This document shows, in pieces, positions 28,858 through 39,690 of a stretch of 64,000 bases of DNA. This stretch comes from Bacillota bacterium. Its GTDB lineage: Bacteria; Bacillota; JAAYKD01. A program made the position numbers and the translations under genes. Each line of letters opens with the position of its first letter. The stretch's first letter is position 1. The stretch covers positions 1,024,001 through 1,088,000 of the forward strand of contig OY762825.2 in NCBI GenBank assembly GCA_963666425.2, given 5' to 3'. The notes beneath the pieces are model-generated. The model ran no database searches and was not told the DNA's origin. It saw nothing but the letters and a program-made list of their open reading frames with translations.

Positions 28858-30705
28858 TTAGTGCTTCGGATTCTTCGGATCGTCTTTGTCCACAACATAA
28901 TCGGCATCCACTACATTTTCATCCGCATCGTTGGGATTCTGATTCGGTGCCTGTCCTTCGGTGGCCTGAGAGGCCTGTTGTTGTTCGTAGACTTTGGAAG
29001 AGAGTTTATAGAGATGTTCGGTCAGTTCTTCGGAAGCTTTCTTAATTGCCTCTGCATCGCTGCCCTTCAGTGCGTCTTTCACCTTCTGGATGGCAGATTC
29101 TGCTTCGGCTTTTTCGGCAGCGGAAACCTTATCGCCCAAATCCTTCAAGCTTTTTTCGGTTTGGTAAACCTGATTGTCGGCTTGATTGCGAATTTCAATT
29201 TCTTCTTTGCGTTCTTTATCTTCGCCAGCGTGCAGTTCTGCTTCTTTGACCATCTTGTCGATCTGATCTTTGGAAAGATTCGTTGTTGCGGTAATCGTAA
29301 TATGCTGCTCTTTGCCGGTCCCCTGGTCTTTGGCTTTGACATTGGCAATGCCGTTGGCATCAATATCAAAAGTCACTTCGATCTTGGGTACACCGCGGGG
29401 TGCAGCTAAAATACCGTCCAGCATGAAACGCCCCAGTGTAGTGTTGCCGGCAGCCATTTCGCGTTCACCTTGCAGAATATGGATTTCCACAGAAGTTTGG
29501 CCATCGGCAGCCGTAGAGAAAATCTGACTCTTGGAGGTTGGAATCGTAGTATTACGGTCAATCAAACGGGTAAAGACACCACCCAGTGTTTCCAAACCCA
29601 TCGAAAGCGGAGTCACATCCAGCAATACCATGCCTTTGACTTCGCCGGCCAAGACACCGGCCTGGATAGCAGCACCTTCGGCGACTGCTTCATCAGGATT
29701 CACGCCTTTGAAGGGTTCTTTGCCTAAGGCTTTGCGAACGGCTTCCTGCACTGCGGGGATACGGGTCGAACCGCCGACCAAAACGACTTTGTCGATATCG
29801 CTGTTGGATAATCCGGCATCTTTCATCGCCTGATGGGTCGGACCCATGGTTTTTTCAACGAGATCTTCGGTTAGGGCATCAAATTTCGCCCGGGTCAGCG
29901 TCAAGTCCAAATGTTTCGGACCGGTCGCATCGGCCGTAATGAAAGGCAGGTTGATATTGGCAGATACAATACCAGACAATTCAACTTTGGCTTTCTCGGC
30001 TGCTTCTTTTAAACGCTGCAGAGCAGAACGGTCTTTGGCCAGATCAATGCCGCTGGTTTTTTTAAATTCAGCAACCATCCAATCCACCACGCGTTGATCA
30101 AAATCGTCGCCGCCCAGACGGGTGTTGCCGTTGGTCGCTTTGACTTCAACCAAACCTTCGCTGATTTCCAGAATGGAGACATCAAAGGTGCCGCCACCTA
30201 AGTCGAAAACCATGATGGTATGATCGTTTTCCTTATCCAGACCGTAAGCGAGAGCTGCCGCGGTTGGTTCGTTGATAATCCGCATGACTTCTAAACCGGC
30301 AATCGCGCCGGCATCTTTGGTGGCCTGGCGTTGAGAGTCGTTAAAGTAAGCAGGAACAGTGATCACTGCTTTGTCTACTTTTTCACCCAGGTAAGCTTCG
30401 GCATCCTCTTTCAATTTACGCAGAATCATGGCGGAAATTTCTTGCGGGGTATACGTCTTGCCTTCGATATTTACTTTGAAATTGCTGCCCATCTCACGTT
30501 TGATGGAACTGATCGTGTGGTCAGCATTGGTCACAGCCTGCCGTTTGGCAATTTGGCCAACCAGCCGTTCGTCGCCTTTGAAAGCGACGACAGAAGGAGT
30601 CAGGCGGCTGCCTTCCGCATTGGTGATGACAGTGGGTTGTCCGCCTTCCATGACCGCTACAACAGAATTGGTGGTTCCCAGATCGATACCGATAATTTTA
30701 CTCAT
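28858..30705 (-). CDS. dnaK: Chaperone DnaK
   Basis: [26 protein letters not shown]. Confidence 0.98.
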   Translation of the reverse strand: MSKIIGIDLGTTNSVVAVMEGGQPTVITNAEGSRLTPSVVAFKGDERLVGQIAKRQAVTNADHTISSIKREMGSNFKVNIEGKTYTPQEISAMILRKLKEDAEAYLGEKVDKAVITVPAYFNDSQRQATKDAGAIAGLEVMRIINEPTAAALAYGLDKENDHTIMVFDLGGGTFDVSILEISEGLVEVKATNGNTRLGGDDFDQRVVDWMVAEFKKTSGIDLAKDRSALQRLKEAAEKAKVELSGIVSANINLPFITADATGPKHLDLTLTRAKFDALTEDLVEKTMGPTHQAMKDAGLSNSDIDKVVLVGGSTRIPAVQEAVRKALGKEPFKGVNPDEAVAEGAAIQAGVLAGEVKGMVLLDVTPLSMGLETLGGVFTRLIDRNTTIPTSKSQIFSTAADGQTSVEIHILQGEREMAAGNTTLGRFMLDGILAAPRGVPKIEVTFDIDANGIANVKAKDQGTGKEQHITITATTNLSKDQIDKMVKEAELHAGEDKERKEEIEIRNQADNQVYQTEKSLKDLGDKVSAAEKAEAESAIQKVKDALKGSDAEAIKKASEELTEHLYKLSSKVYEQQQASQATEGQAPNQNPNDADENVVDADYVVDKDDPKNPKH

Positions 30706-30755
30706 GTTTTAAACACTCCATTTCGTTTCTTTATTTTTTTTTACCAGAGAGATAC

Positions 30756-31418
30756 TTATTTATGGGCAACCTGCACCATCGCGGCGCGGATTACTTTCTC
30801 TTTCATTTTATAACCTTTACGCAAGACCATGGTGACTGTATTCTCTGCAACACCTTCTGTTGCTTCGCACTGCATCACGGCTTCATGCACATAGGGATCA
30901 AACACTTGGCCGAGCGACTCAATTTCCTGCAGTCCTTCTTTGGCCAGCACTTCCAGCAATTGACGATGAATCATCTGCACACCGGTTTTCAGGCTGTCGC
31001 AGTGCTCGCCTTCCGGCTGCGCTGCCGCCAAGGCACGTTCAAAATCATCCAAAATCGGCAAGAGAGCGCTCACTACCTTGACCGAAGCATATTGGTTCAA
31101 ATCCTCACGCTCTTTTTGGGTCCGGCGGCGGTAATTATCAAAATCGGCCTGCAGTCTCAGGTTAGATGCATCCAATTCTTTAACTTTCTCGGCATTTGCT
31201 AACAGCTGCTGCATTGCTTCCGCTGTCAGTATGACTGTTTGCTGTTCCGCTTTTTCTGATGCGTCAGTCTTTTCTGCCGCTTCCTCTGCCGCTGCTTTCT
31301 CTACCGTCGGTTCCGCCTGGCTTTCTTCCGGGTTTATGGCTTCTGTTTTCTTCTCTTCCTCCGGGCTGTGAAACATTTTCTTCCATTCCTTTCTGAAACG
31401 ATTGCTTTTTTGCTGCAT
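30756..31418 (-). CDS. grpE: Nucleotide exchange factor GrpE
   Basis: RLQADFDNYRRR, FDPYVHEAV. Start may be 31376. Confidence 0.95.
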   Translation of the reverse strand: MQQKSNRFRKEWKKMFHSPEEEKKTEAINPEESQAEPTVEKAAAEEAAEKTDASEKAEQQTVILTAEAMQQLLANAEKVKELDASNLRLQADFDNYRRRTQKEREDLNQYASVKVVSALLPILDDFERALAAAQPEGEHCDSLKTGVQMIHRQLLEVLAKEGLQEIESLGQVFDPYVHEAVMQCEATEGVAENTVTMVLRKGYKMKEKVIRAAMVQVAHK

Positions 31419-32995
31419 TATGATGCCAATCCTTGCTGTTGCTGTGCCGACATTTCCGTTGGCGCCTGGTCGCGCTTCTTGATGATCGTATCGATCCGCA
31501 AAATAGCTTCCGCTACTTCACCGGCTGCTCTGAGCGCATACAACTTGACTAAAGTCGGATCCATGATGCCTTGCCGATACAAATCGGTCACTGCACCGCT
31601 GTCACAATCCAAGGTCAGACTGTCATTTTGCTGATTGGACTGTGCCGCCATGACTTCTTCTACTTTTTCCAAAGGATTAAAACCGGCGTTTTCGACAATT
31701 TGTGCCAAGGGACGCTTCAACGCTTCGACTACACAGTCCAAGCCATAGGCCGACATCCCTTTCAGGCTATCCCGCAGTTTCATAATCTCTCTGGCTGCTG
31801 TAATTTCAATGGCACCGCCACCCGGTACTACCCCACCACGGACGGCTGCCTGCACAGATGAAGCTGCATCCTTGGCAATTCGTTCGCGTTCTCCCACTAC
31901 TTCTGCGGTCGAAGCACCCACCAAGATGGTCGCGATCGCTTTTTGCTGACCGCCCATGACTCTTACCCAACCCATTTTTTCATCCAAACAAACCTGTTCG
32001 GCAGAGCCCAGATAACCAGCCAGTTCGAGGGGATTTTTTCTCAATGCAGAGCGCTTCATGCGGCGTGCCCCGGTGTGCTCCGCTACGCGGCGGACGATTT
32101 TAGCGGGGACTCTGGTCAGAACCATCATACCGGCATCAGTAAAAGCCTCTTCTGCCAGCGCGTGAATGCCCTTATCCGTTAGTATCACATTGACACCCAG
32201 ATCAATGATTTTCTGTATAGCAGTTCTGAACTCATTCTGCAGTTCCATGTAGCGCGCAAAACCGCTTTCGGTTGCTAAGGCTTCTTCACCCAGCTCTTCC
32301 GGTTCCAAAGCATCATCAAACAGCATAATTTTCGCGTTTCGGATCTGATGCGGCATCTCTTTGCTGACCGGTTCTTTTTCGACGATGATTCCTAAAAAGA
32401 CTTCATTGTTGGCGCCTTCTTTGGCAAGAATCATCTCGGCTAATTTAAAAGCCGGATCCTTCAGTTTATCGGCTCCCACCAGACAGGCAGCTTCCACCGC
32501 CAAATCGGCGATATCTTCATGTTCTCTGCCGGCTACCAAGGCGACGTTTTTCAAAATCTGTCGATCCATATTATCCAGCGGACGGCTGTGTTGTTCGATG
32601 GAAGCAATCGCCTGCCTGACACCAAAACGCACTCCGTCGATCACACGGGCAATCGGCACCCCCTTGAGCACTTGTTCGGCACCTTGGCTGATCAAAGCGC
32701 TGGCAATGATGGTTGCGGTGGTTGTGCCGTCGCCGATTTCCTCCTGCTGCGCTTTGGCCACATTGATCAATAAACGGGCGGCAGGGTGTGTCACATCCAT
32801 TTTTTCCAAAATGGTAACCCCGGCATTGGTAATCAGAACGTCACCATAGCGATCGACCAGCATAGTATCCAGACCTTTCGGTCCGATGGTTCCTTCCACA
32901 GCAGAAGCGATGGCGCGGATGGCGGCAGCATTGTTCATTAATGCGGATAACTTTTCTTCGCCTTCACGGCCTTGTGTTGTGTTTGCCATAGTCAC
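31418..32995 (-). CDS. Thermosome-like (group III) TCP-1/cpn60 chaperonin
   Basis: GPKGLDTML, TNAGVTIL, GDGTTT, VPGGGAIE, ILRID; no GGM tail and no adjacent groES. Confidence 0.9.
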   Translation of the reverse strand: MTMANTTQGREGEEKLSALMNNAAAIRAIASAVEGTIGPKGLDTMLVDRYGDVLITNAGVTILEKMDVTHPAARLLINVAKAQQEEIGDGTTTATIIASALISQGAEQVLKGVPIARVIDGVRFGVRQAIASIEQHSRPLDNMDRQILKNVALVAGREHEDIADLAVEAACLVGADKLKDPAFKLAEMILAKEGANNEVFLGIIVEKEPVSKEMPHQIRNAKIMLFDDALEPEELGEEALATESGFARYMELQNEFRTAIQKIIDLGVNVILTDKGIHALAEEAFTDAGMMVLTRVPAKIVRRVAEHTGARRMKRSALRKNPLELAGYLGSAEQVCLDEKMGWVRVMGGQQKAIATILVGASTAEVVGERERIAKDAASSVQAAVRGGVVPGGGAIEITAAREIMKLRDSLKGMSAYGLDCVVEALKRPLAQIVENAGFNPLEKVEEVMAAQSNQQNDSLTLDCDSGAVTDLYRQGIMDPTLVKLYALRAAGEVAEAILRIDTIIKKRDQAPTEMSAQQQQGLAS

Positions 32996-33004
32996 AAAAC
33001 TCCT

Positions 33005-34033
33005 TTAGCCTTTGGTAAATACTTCCGATAATAGTTTGCTGACTTCCCGAACAGCAGCAACCGCTCTGGCATAATCCATGCGGGTCGGGCCTAAGACACC
33101 AACCCAGCCCATCGGCTGACCGTTCCATTTATAGACCGCGGTGACTAAACTGCAGTTCTCTACTTCCTGCATTTGATTTTCCGAACCGATCGTGACCTGA
33201 ACCTGATCGGTTTGCTGCAAATTACCCAGCAGATGCTTCATATATTCGCGATGATCCAGCAGCTGAAGGATACCGCGCACCTGCTTGATGTCCTGAAATT
33301 CTGGCTGCCCCAGCATTCTGGAGGCACCGCCCAGATATAAATCACTCTGATGCTCACCCAGCAAAACCTGCTGAATCAAGTCGAGGACCTGATCGAATTG
33401 GCTGATTTTCTGACCGACATCAGCTCTCACTTGGCTGATTCCGGCCTTTAACATTTGATTCCAGGTGACATTGTGGAATTTCTGATTGATATAGTTCGTA
33501 ATATTGTCCAAGTCATTCTGATCGATATTCGGAGGCAGGGCAATCATGCGGTTGGCCACCAGGCCATTTTCTGCGACCACCACAGCCAAAGCCTGACCCG
33601 CTTGGATTTCAATCATTTGTAGTTTATTCAAGCGGCTGGACTGCGGCTGCGGTCCGGAAGCCATCGCCATATAATCGGTCAGAGAAGCCAGTAAATGAGC
33701 CGATTGCTGAATGACATTCTCCAAGACCTGAGCCTGCTGCTGATAACCTTGGCGAATGGCTTTGATTTCCTCGGGGGAAACCGCCACCTCGTCCAGCAAA
33801 TGATCAACATAAAAGCGATAACCGTTCTCCGAAGGGATTCTTCCAGCGGAAGTATGCGGCTGCTGTAAAAAGCCCATCTCTTCCAAATCCGCCATTTCAT
33901 TGCGAATGGTTGCGGCGCTGACATTAAAAATGTATCGTCTGGCAATCGTCCGTGAACCCACAGGTTCCGCCGTCAGGATATAGTCGCGCACAATCGCTTG
34001 CAGTATACGCCTCTTGCGTTCATCCAATTCCAT
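33005..34033 (-). CDS. hrcA: Heat-inducible transcription repressor
   Basis: EPVGSRT, SAATIRNEMADLE, QPHTSAGRIP, GPTRMDY. Confidence 0.97.
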   Translation of the reverse strand: MELDERKRRILQAIVRDYILTAEPVGSRTIARRYIFNVSAATIRNEMADLEEMGFLQQPHTSAGRIPSENGYRFYVDHLLDEVAVSPEEIKAIRQGYQQQAQVLENVIQQSAHLLASLTDYMAMASGPQPQSSRLNKLQMIEIQAGQALAVVVAENGLVANRMIALPPNIDQNDLDNITNYINQKFHNVTWNQMLKAGISQVRADVGQKISQFDQVLDLIQQVLLGEHQSDLYLGGASRMLGQPEFQDIKQVRGILQLLDHREYMKHLLGNLQQTDQVQVTIGSENQMQEVENCSLVTAVYKWNGQPMGWVGVLGPTRMDYARAVAAVREVSKLLSEVFTKG

Positions 34034-34079
34034 TCAGCTCACCTCTGCCTTCTTTTTACGATGCGGTACTTTTACCTGC

Positions 34080-34106
34080 TTAGCACTCTCAAGCATCGAG
34101 TGCTAA
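34080..34106. promoter_or_regulatory. CIRCE operator
   Basis: Perfect TTAGCACTC-N9-GAGTGCTAA. Confidence 0.97.
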
Positions 34107-34113
34107 CAAGGAA

Positions 34114-34142
34114 AAGATACACCTTACAGAAGAAATTGTCAA
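34114..34142 (-). promoter_or_regulatory. SigA promoter of the hrcA operon
   Basis: TTGACA-N17-TATCTT just upstream of CIRCE. Confidence 0.8.
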
Positions 34143-34160
34143 GCAGAAAAACAAAAAACG

Positions 34161-35324
34161 TCAGGAAAGGTCAAAGTCTTTTTCGTCCGGGAGAAAACGC
34201 AGGAAAACTTGATTACCCAGCGGGATTCCGCGGCTCGTTAAAGCAATTCTATCGCCGTCTTTTCTGATCCAACCCTGCTCAGTGCAGAAGGCGATTGCCT
34301 CCTGATAGTATTGTAAAAAGTCAATTTGAAAACGGTGATTCAGCTCGGAAACCGAGATTCCTTGCAGGGTGCGCAAACCTAACATGACCGTCTCTCCCAA
34401 TTCGATCGCGCGGGTTGTATATTCATTTTCAGCAATACAGGGTTGATGGTATTGCTGCCAAGCGCGGATATAGCGCTCGACGTCCGCTACATGAGAAAAC
34501 CGATGTTTGTCCAGATAAGAAAAAGCTGCCGCACCTAGACCAAGGTAGGTTTGATTATGCCAGTAGATCAGGTTGTGTTGGCATTCCGCACCGGGCACGG
34601 CAAAATTAGAGATTTCGTATTGCTGCAGCCCGGCTTTTTCGGTCAGTATCGCTGCCAGCTGCATCATCTGCAGCTGCTCTTCTTCTTCCGGCAATTGCAA
34701 TTTGCCTTCTGCCAGCAGACGGCCGAACGGCGTCTGCTCTTCTACAATCAAATTATACAGGGAAAGGTGCGGCGGCTGAAACTGCAAGGCTTTGTTCAAT
34801 GTTTCACGCCAGTCCGCCAGTGTCTGACCGGGCAGCCCATAGATCAGATCCATGCTCCAGTTCTGCAGTCCGCTGTTTTTTAAATCCAGAATGGTTTGCT
34901 CTGCTTCTTCGGCTGTGTGACAGCGTCCCATTGCCTGCAGTAAGTGCGGCTGAAAAGACTGAACGCCTAAACTCAGGCGATTGATGCCTCGCCGCCGAAT
35001 GAGCGAGATTTTTTTCGGGGTCAGGCTGCCTGGATTTGCTTCCATTGATTTTTCCGCACCCTGGTGAAAGCTGAAATTTTGTTCAATCAAATCGAACAAG
35101 CGTTCCAATTCTGCTGTTTCTAAAATAGAAGGCGTACCGCCGCCGATAAACAGCGTATCAAAGACAACACCCTGCAGTCTTTGATCCCTGGCGTACCAGG
35201 CTGCTTCCTCTGCTAAGGCAGAGAGATAGCGCTCCCGCTGCGTTCGGCAGGTCGGGATCGAATAGAAATCGCAATATTGACACTTGCTCTGACAAAAAGG
35301 AATATGAAGATAGAGACCAATCAT
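34161..35324 (-). CDS. hemW: Radical SAM heme chaperone
   Basis: YLHIPFCQSKCQYCDF, GGGTPS, YEISNF, HNLIYW; lies between lepA and hrcA. Confidence 0.92.
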   Translation of the reverse strand: MIGLYLHIPFCQSKCQYCDFYSIPTCRTQRERYLSALAEEAAWYARDQRLQGVVFDTLFIGGGTPSILETAELERLFDLIEQNFSFHQGAEKSMEANPGSLTPKKISLIRRRGINRLSLGVQSFQPHLLQAMGRCHTAEEAEQTILDLKNSGLQNWSMDLIYGLPGQTLADWRETLNKALQFQPPHLSLYNLIVEEQTPFGRLLAEGKLQLPEEEEQLQMMQLAAILTEKAGLQQYEISNFAVPGAECQHNLIYWHNQTYLGLGAAAFSYLDKHRFSHVADVERYIRAWQQYHQPCIAENEYTTRAIELGETVMLGLRTLQGISVSELNHRFQIDFLQYYQEAIAFCTEQGWIRKDGDRIALTSRGIPLGNQVFLRFLPDEKDFDLS

Positions 35325-35391
35325 CTGCTTCACCTCAATAGAAAAGCTGCGCCGGTCAGTCGTTTTCACACCTCCCGGCACAGCCATGCTC

Positions 35392-37194
35392 TTATTTGTC
35401 AATCTTTAAAACAGCCATAAATGCTTCCTGAGGCAATTCCACATTACCTACCATCCGCATCCGCTTTTTACCTTCTTTTTGTTTCTCCAGCAATTTGCGT
35501 TTTCGGCTGATGTCGCCGCCGTAACATTTGGCCAATACATCCTTGCGATAGGCGGATATGGTTTCCCTGGCGACAATTTTATTGCCCAAAGCCGCTTGAA
35601 TGGGGATTTCAAACTGCTGGCGCGGGATCACCTTGCGCAGACGTTCACAAATTGCCCGCCCACGCGGCACCGCTTTGTCTTTGTGTACGATCACTGCCAG
35701 CGCATCGACCGGATCTCCGCTGACCAGAATATCCATTTTCACCAAGTCTGCTTCCTGATAACCGATGAATTCATAATCCAGCGAAGCATAGCCTTTGGTG
35801 CGTGATTTTAATTGATCGAAAAAGTCGTAGATAATTTCGGACAGAGGCAAGGAATAATAGAGTTCCACCCGGTTGGCATCAATATAGTCCATGTGATCAT
35901 AAACACCGCGCCGGTCGCGTACCAATTCCATAATAGCGCCAATATATGCCTCCGGTGCAAAAATGCTGGCTCTGACATACGGCTCTTCGATCTTTTCGAT
36001 TTCGGTTGGCTGCGGCACCATAGAAGGGTTATCCAAGCGCACGACTTCACCGTTGGTTTTTGTGATCTGATAGATGACGGTCGGCGCCGTGGTGATGATA
36101 TCGATATTAGCATGGCGTTCCAAACGCTCCTGCACAATTTCCAGATGGAGCAAGCCTAAAAAGCCACAGCGAAAGCCAAATCCCAGGGCGGCAGAGGTTT
36201 CCGGTTCAAAACTAAGCGAAGCATCGTTCAGCTGTAATTTTTCCAGAGCATCCCGCAAATTGGGAAACTCGCTGGTCTCGGTGGGATAGATGCCGCAAAA
36301 GACCATGGAAGTTGCTTTGCGATAGCCGGGCAGCGACTGCGCCGCCGGATTTTCCGCATTGGTAATCGTATCACCAACCCGGGTATCCTGCACGCTGCGG
36401 ATGGTCGCTGTGACATAACCAACTTCTCCTGCCCGCAGCATGGGCAGCGATTGCATATTCGGTCGGAAATCGCCGACATCGTTGACTTCATAAATTTTAC
36501 CGGTCGCCATAAAGAGGATCTTCATGCCCGATTTGATGACGCCTTGCATCACCCGGATATAACAGATGACACCGCGGTAATTATCATAAAAGGAATCAAA
36601 AATCATCGCCTGCAGCGGCCCGTCGACGTCCCCTTGCGGCGGAGGTACCAATTGAACGATTTGTTCTAAAATTTCCGGGATGCCGGTGCCATCCTTGGCC
36701 GAAGCCAGGACCGCATTGGAGCAATCCAAACCGATCACATCTTCGATTTGTTTTTTCACCCGCTCCGGTTCGGCGCTGGGCAGATCGATTTTATTGATGA
36801 CCGGTATGATTTCCAGATTATGATCCAAGGCCAAATAGCAATTGGCTAAGGTCTGTGCCTCAATGCCCTGCGATGCATCCACAACCAAAATAGCGCCTTC
36901 ACAAGCCGCCAGAGAGCGGGAGACTTCGTAATTAAAGTCCACATGTCCCGGGGTATCAATCAGATTTAACTGATAGGTTTTGCCATCTTTTGCTTTATAA
37001 TCAAGCCGCACGGCATGCAGCTTGATGGTAATGCCTCTCTCCCGTTCCAGATCCATTTGATCCAGTACCTGGTCTTCCATTTCGCGCAGGGACAGCGTGC
37101 CGGTCGCTTCAATTAAGCGGTCGGCCAGCGTCGATTTGCCATGGTCGATATGTGCAACAATGCAGAAATTACGAATCAGATTCATATAGTTCAC
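35392..37194 (-). CDS. lepA: Elongation factor 4
   Basis: [38 protein letters not shown]. Confidence 0.98.
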   Translation of the reverse strand: MNYMNLIRNFCIVAHIDHGKSTLADRLIEATGTLSLREMEDQVLDQMDLERERGITIKLHAVRLDYKAKDGKTYQLNLIDTPGHVDFNYEVSRSLAACEGAILVVDASQGIEAQTLANCYLALDHNLEIIPVINKIDLPSAEPERVKKQIEDVIGLDCSNAVLASAKDGTGIPEILEQIVQLVPPPQGDVDGPLQAMIFDSFYDNYRGVICYIRVMQGVIKSGMKILFMATGKIYEVNDVGDFRPNMQSLPMLRAGEVGYVTATIRSVQDTRVGDTITNAENPAAQSLPGYRKATSMVFCGIYPTETSEFPNLRDALEKLQLNDASLSFEPETSAALGFGFRCGFLGLLHLEIVQERLERHANIDIITTAPTVIYQITKTNGEVVRLDNPSMVPQPTEIEKIEEPYVRASIFAPEAYIGAIMELVRDRRGVYDHMDYIDANRVELYYSLPLSEIIYDFFDQLKSRTKGYASLDYEFIGYQEADLVKMDILVSGDPVDALAVIVHKDKAVPRGRAICERLRKVIPRQQFEIPIQAALGNKIVARETISAYRKDVLAKCYGGDISRKRKLLEKQKEGKKRMRMVGNVELPQEAFMAVLKIDK

Positions 37195-37221
37195 AAAATA
37201 TCCTGCCTTCCAATCTACAAG

Positions 37222-37845
37222 CTAGCGCCGCATGCCGCTGCGTAAAATACTCAAGAGATAATCCAGTTGATTGATGAAGCTATTTTCGTCTGGTATACCA
37301 ATCACCGGCTCAGACAAAGTGAAGTCCTGCAGATTGACCATCAGATGATTGATCAGTCTGCCCATTAATTCCACCGGTACGTCACGGCGTAATTCGCCGC
37401 GCGCGATGGCTTGTTCTATCATATGTTCGTAATAATCAATGCCTTCCACTGCATATCTCAATCCGATCACATCCTGCAGTCCGGCACCTTCCATACGAAC
37501 TCTGCGTAAAAAAGCTGCTTCTGTGGGATGGGTTTGAGCAAAATCCATGATCAGTCTGCCCTGAACTTTCAGGAGAATAAAAAAATCGAGTCTGCCGACC
37601 GGACGAATCTCCTGAAACCTTTTTTGGGCAAAGGCAGCTTGTATCCCGGCTACTTGATCCAGCACACTCAAATAAAGCTGCTTTTTATCTTCGAAGTGAT
37701 GATAAAAACTGCCTTTCGATACCTTTGATTTTTTCAAAATTTCGTTGATCGAAGCAGTTTCATAACTGTGTGCCGCAAATTCTTCGAGCGCTTCATGGTA
37801 TAATTGTTCCTCATTCTTAATCTTGCTCATCTCTTCTGCCGGCAT
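37222..37845 (-). CDS. TetR/AcrR family regulator
   Basis: N-terminal HTH SINEILKKSKVSKGSFYHHF. Confidence 0.9.
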   Translation of the reverse strand: MPAEEMSKIKNEEQLYHEALEEFAAHSYETASINEILKKSKVSKGSFYHHFEDKKQLYLSVLDQVAGIQAAFAQKRFQEIRPVGRLDFFILLKVQGRLIMDFAQTHPTEAAFLRRVRMEGAGLQDVIGLRYAVEGIDYYEHMIEQAIARGELRRDVPVELMGRLINHLMVNLQDFTLSEPVIGIPDENSFINQLDYLLSILRSGMRR

Positions 37846-38085
37846 ACAGGAACCTCCTCGTGCACTGATTTCTAGTGCTATTGTTAGTCATGTTGCATTA
37901 TATCACCTTTCGAGAATAGATGCTATCCCTCATGTTCTAAAGTTGCGAGATTTTTGCAAAACTTTGAAAAGCAAAGCGGATTTCTACAGTAGAGGGCCTT
38001 CTAGCCGCACTAAACAAAGATTCAGAAACAACTGCCTCTTTATCGCTTTGCTTCAGAAAAATACAGGCAAAAGTAGCAATACTCC

Positions 38086-38114
38086 TTGCAAATTGAAAAC
38101 AGGCGTGTTACAAT
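38086..38114 (+). promoter_or_regulatory. SigA promoter of rpsT
   Basis: TTGCAA-N17-TACAAT with extended TG. Confidence 0.7.
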
Positions 38115-38193
38115 ATCTGAGTGCTATTTATCCTATAAAACTGCTGCCTCGCTGTTTTTGGATAGAACTGAAATAATGAAGGAGGTGAGACGC

Positions 38194-38466
38194 ATGGCCA
38201 ATAATAAATCTGCCATCAAGCGCGTGAAAATCACCGCCAAGAAAACTGCTCGGAACAATATTATTCGTTCCAAAGTTCGGAATTCCATCCGTAAGTTTAG
38301 AATCGCTGTCACAAGCGAAGTGGAGAACAAGGATGTCATTTTGAAGAATGCTATCAGCCAGATTGATAAAGCAGTTTCCAAAGGCATTTTACACAAGAAC
38401 AACGCCGCCCGCAAAAAATCACGCTTAACCAAGCGACTCAACAAAGTTACCGCACCCGTAGTCTAG
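38194..38466 (+). CDS. rpsT: 30S ribosomal protein S20
   Basis: MANNKSAIKR...KGILHKNNAARKKSRL; RBS AGGAGGTG. Confidence 0.97.
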   Translation: MANNKSAIKRVKITAKKTARNNIIRSKVRNSIRKFRIAVTSEVENKDVILKNAISQIDKAVSKGILHKNNAARKKSRLTKRLNKVTAPVV

Positions 38467-38511
38467 GCTTCTGCTTTGACTGAGTCGGTATTTGTTTGCT
38501 TTGCATAAAAT

Positions 38512-38565
38512 AATAACGCTCTGTGCTGTTAAAGAGGAACCTCTTCAACCGCGGAGCGTTTTATT
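38512..38565. terminator. Bidirectional terminator between rpsT and holA
   Basis: AACGCTCTGTG...CGCGGAGCGTT stem followed by a T tract. Confidence 0.7.
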
Positions 38566-38592
38566 TTTGTACAAAAATAATACCCTACCGAC

Positions 38593-39630
38593 TCAGTGAA
38601 TTTTAGCAAGAAAAGAGCCCACCAACATTTCCAAAGCGATTTGTTTTTCCAGTTTCCCGGTCAATACCGCTTCTTCTTTTTCCACCACTTCCGCTAAAAG
38701 TTGATAAAGGTCTTCCCTCTGGAATTTCGAGGCGCTAAAGGAGATTCGCTTAATCGCAAAAGGTCTGACTCCCAACGCTTCTGCCATCTGATTTTCGCCA
38801 GTTTTCTGCTGTTGCCATTCCTTTACCCGCAGGATTTGGCGCAGCTGATAGCGTACCAGAGCCAATAATCTGACCGGATCTTCTCCGCGCCGCAGCATTT
38901 CACTCAATAAGTCCATGGCTTTGGCGCCTTGCTTGGCGGTAATCAGATCCATCAGCTCAAAAACATTGGTTTCCGCAGAAGCAGCCAAATAAGGTAAGGC
39001 TTCTTTTAATAGAATCGCTTTGGCCGGCGAAAAAAGCAGCGACAGTTTCTCCACTTCCTGCTCGGCAATACCAACTTGACTGCCGGCTAAATTAACCAGA
39101 TATTCAAGTAAACCGTAATCGGCTTTTAATTGATGCGCAGCAAAAAAATCCTGCACGGTGCGCAGCATATCGTCCCGCCTTAAGACCGGACATTCCACTG
39201 CTTTTGCTAAGGGAAGCAACAGCTTCGTGAATTTTCTTCTTTTATCAAGACTGCCGTAACCGCAAAGCACCAGAATATTGCCGCCATTGGTCAGCAGATC
39301 CAGCCAGGCTTTTTCTTCACTCCCGTTGTCCGAGCTTGGCTCGGTAGTTTCCTCTTCGTTTTTATTTTTCCCTTTTAGTAAACGGAAATTTTCAATAAAA
39401 ACGATCTTCTCCCCTCCCAGCAAGCTGACCTGAAGCTGTTCTTCCAATTCAGGTAGGTGCAGATCACTGCCGTTCAGTGTGACCAGATTATATTCTTGTT
39501 CCTCTTTTGGCACCAAGTCGGATAACATCTGTTTGCAGCGCTGGACCTGCCAATAGTCTTCCCCGTAAATCAGATATAAATTGGCAATTTCCCCTTGCTT
39601 CAATTCGTTCTTTAATTGTCTCCAGTCCAT
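38593..39630 (-). CDS. holA: DNA polymerase III delta subunit
   Basis: YLIYGED, EVEKL, NVFEL; conserved comEC-holA-rpsT order. Confidence 0.9.
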   Translation of the reverse strand: MDWRQLKNELKQGEIANLYLIYGEDYWQVQRCKQMLSDLVPKEEQEYNLVTLNGSDLHLPELEEQLQVSLLGGEKIVFIENFRLLKGKNKNEEETTEPSSDNGSEEKAWLDLLTNGGNILVLCGYGSLDKRRKFTKLLLPLAKAVECPVLRRDDMLRTVQDFFAAHQLKADYGLLEYLVNLAGSQVGIAEQEVEKLSLLFSPAKAILLKEALPYLAASAETNVFELMDLITAKQGAKAMDLLSEMLRRGEDPVRLLALVRYQLRQILRVKEWQQQKTGENQMAEALGVRPFAIKRISFSASKFQREDLYQLLAEVVEKEEAVLTGKLEKQIALEMLVGSFLAKIH

Positions 39631-39690
39631 TGCAGCTCACCTCTTTTTAACTTAGTTCGCAACAGGAGCTGCGTTATCCTGCCGTCGTGC

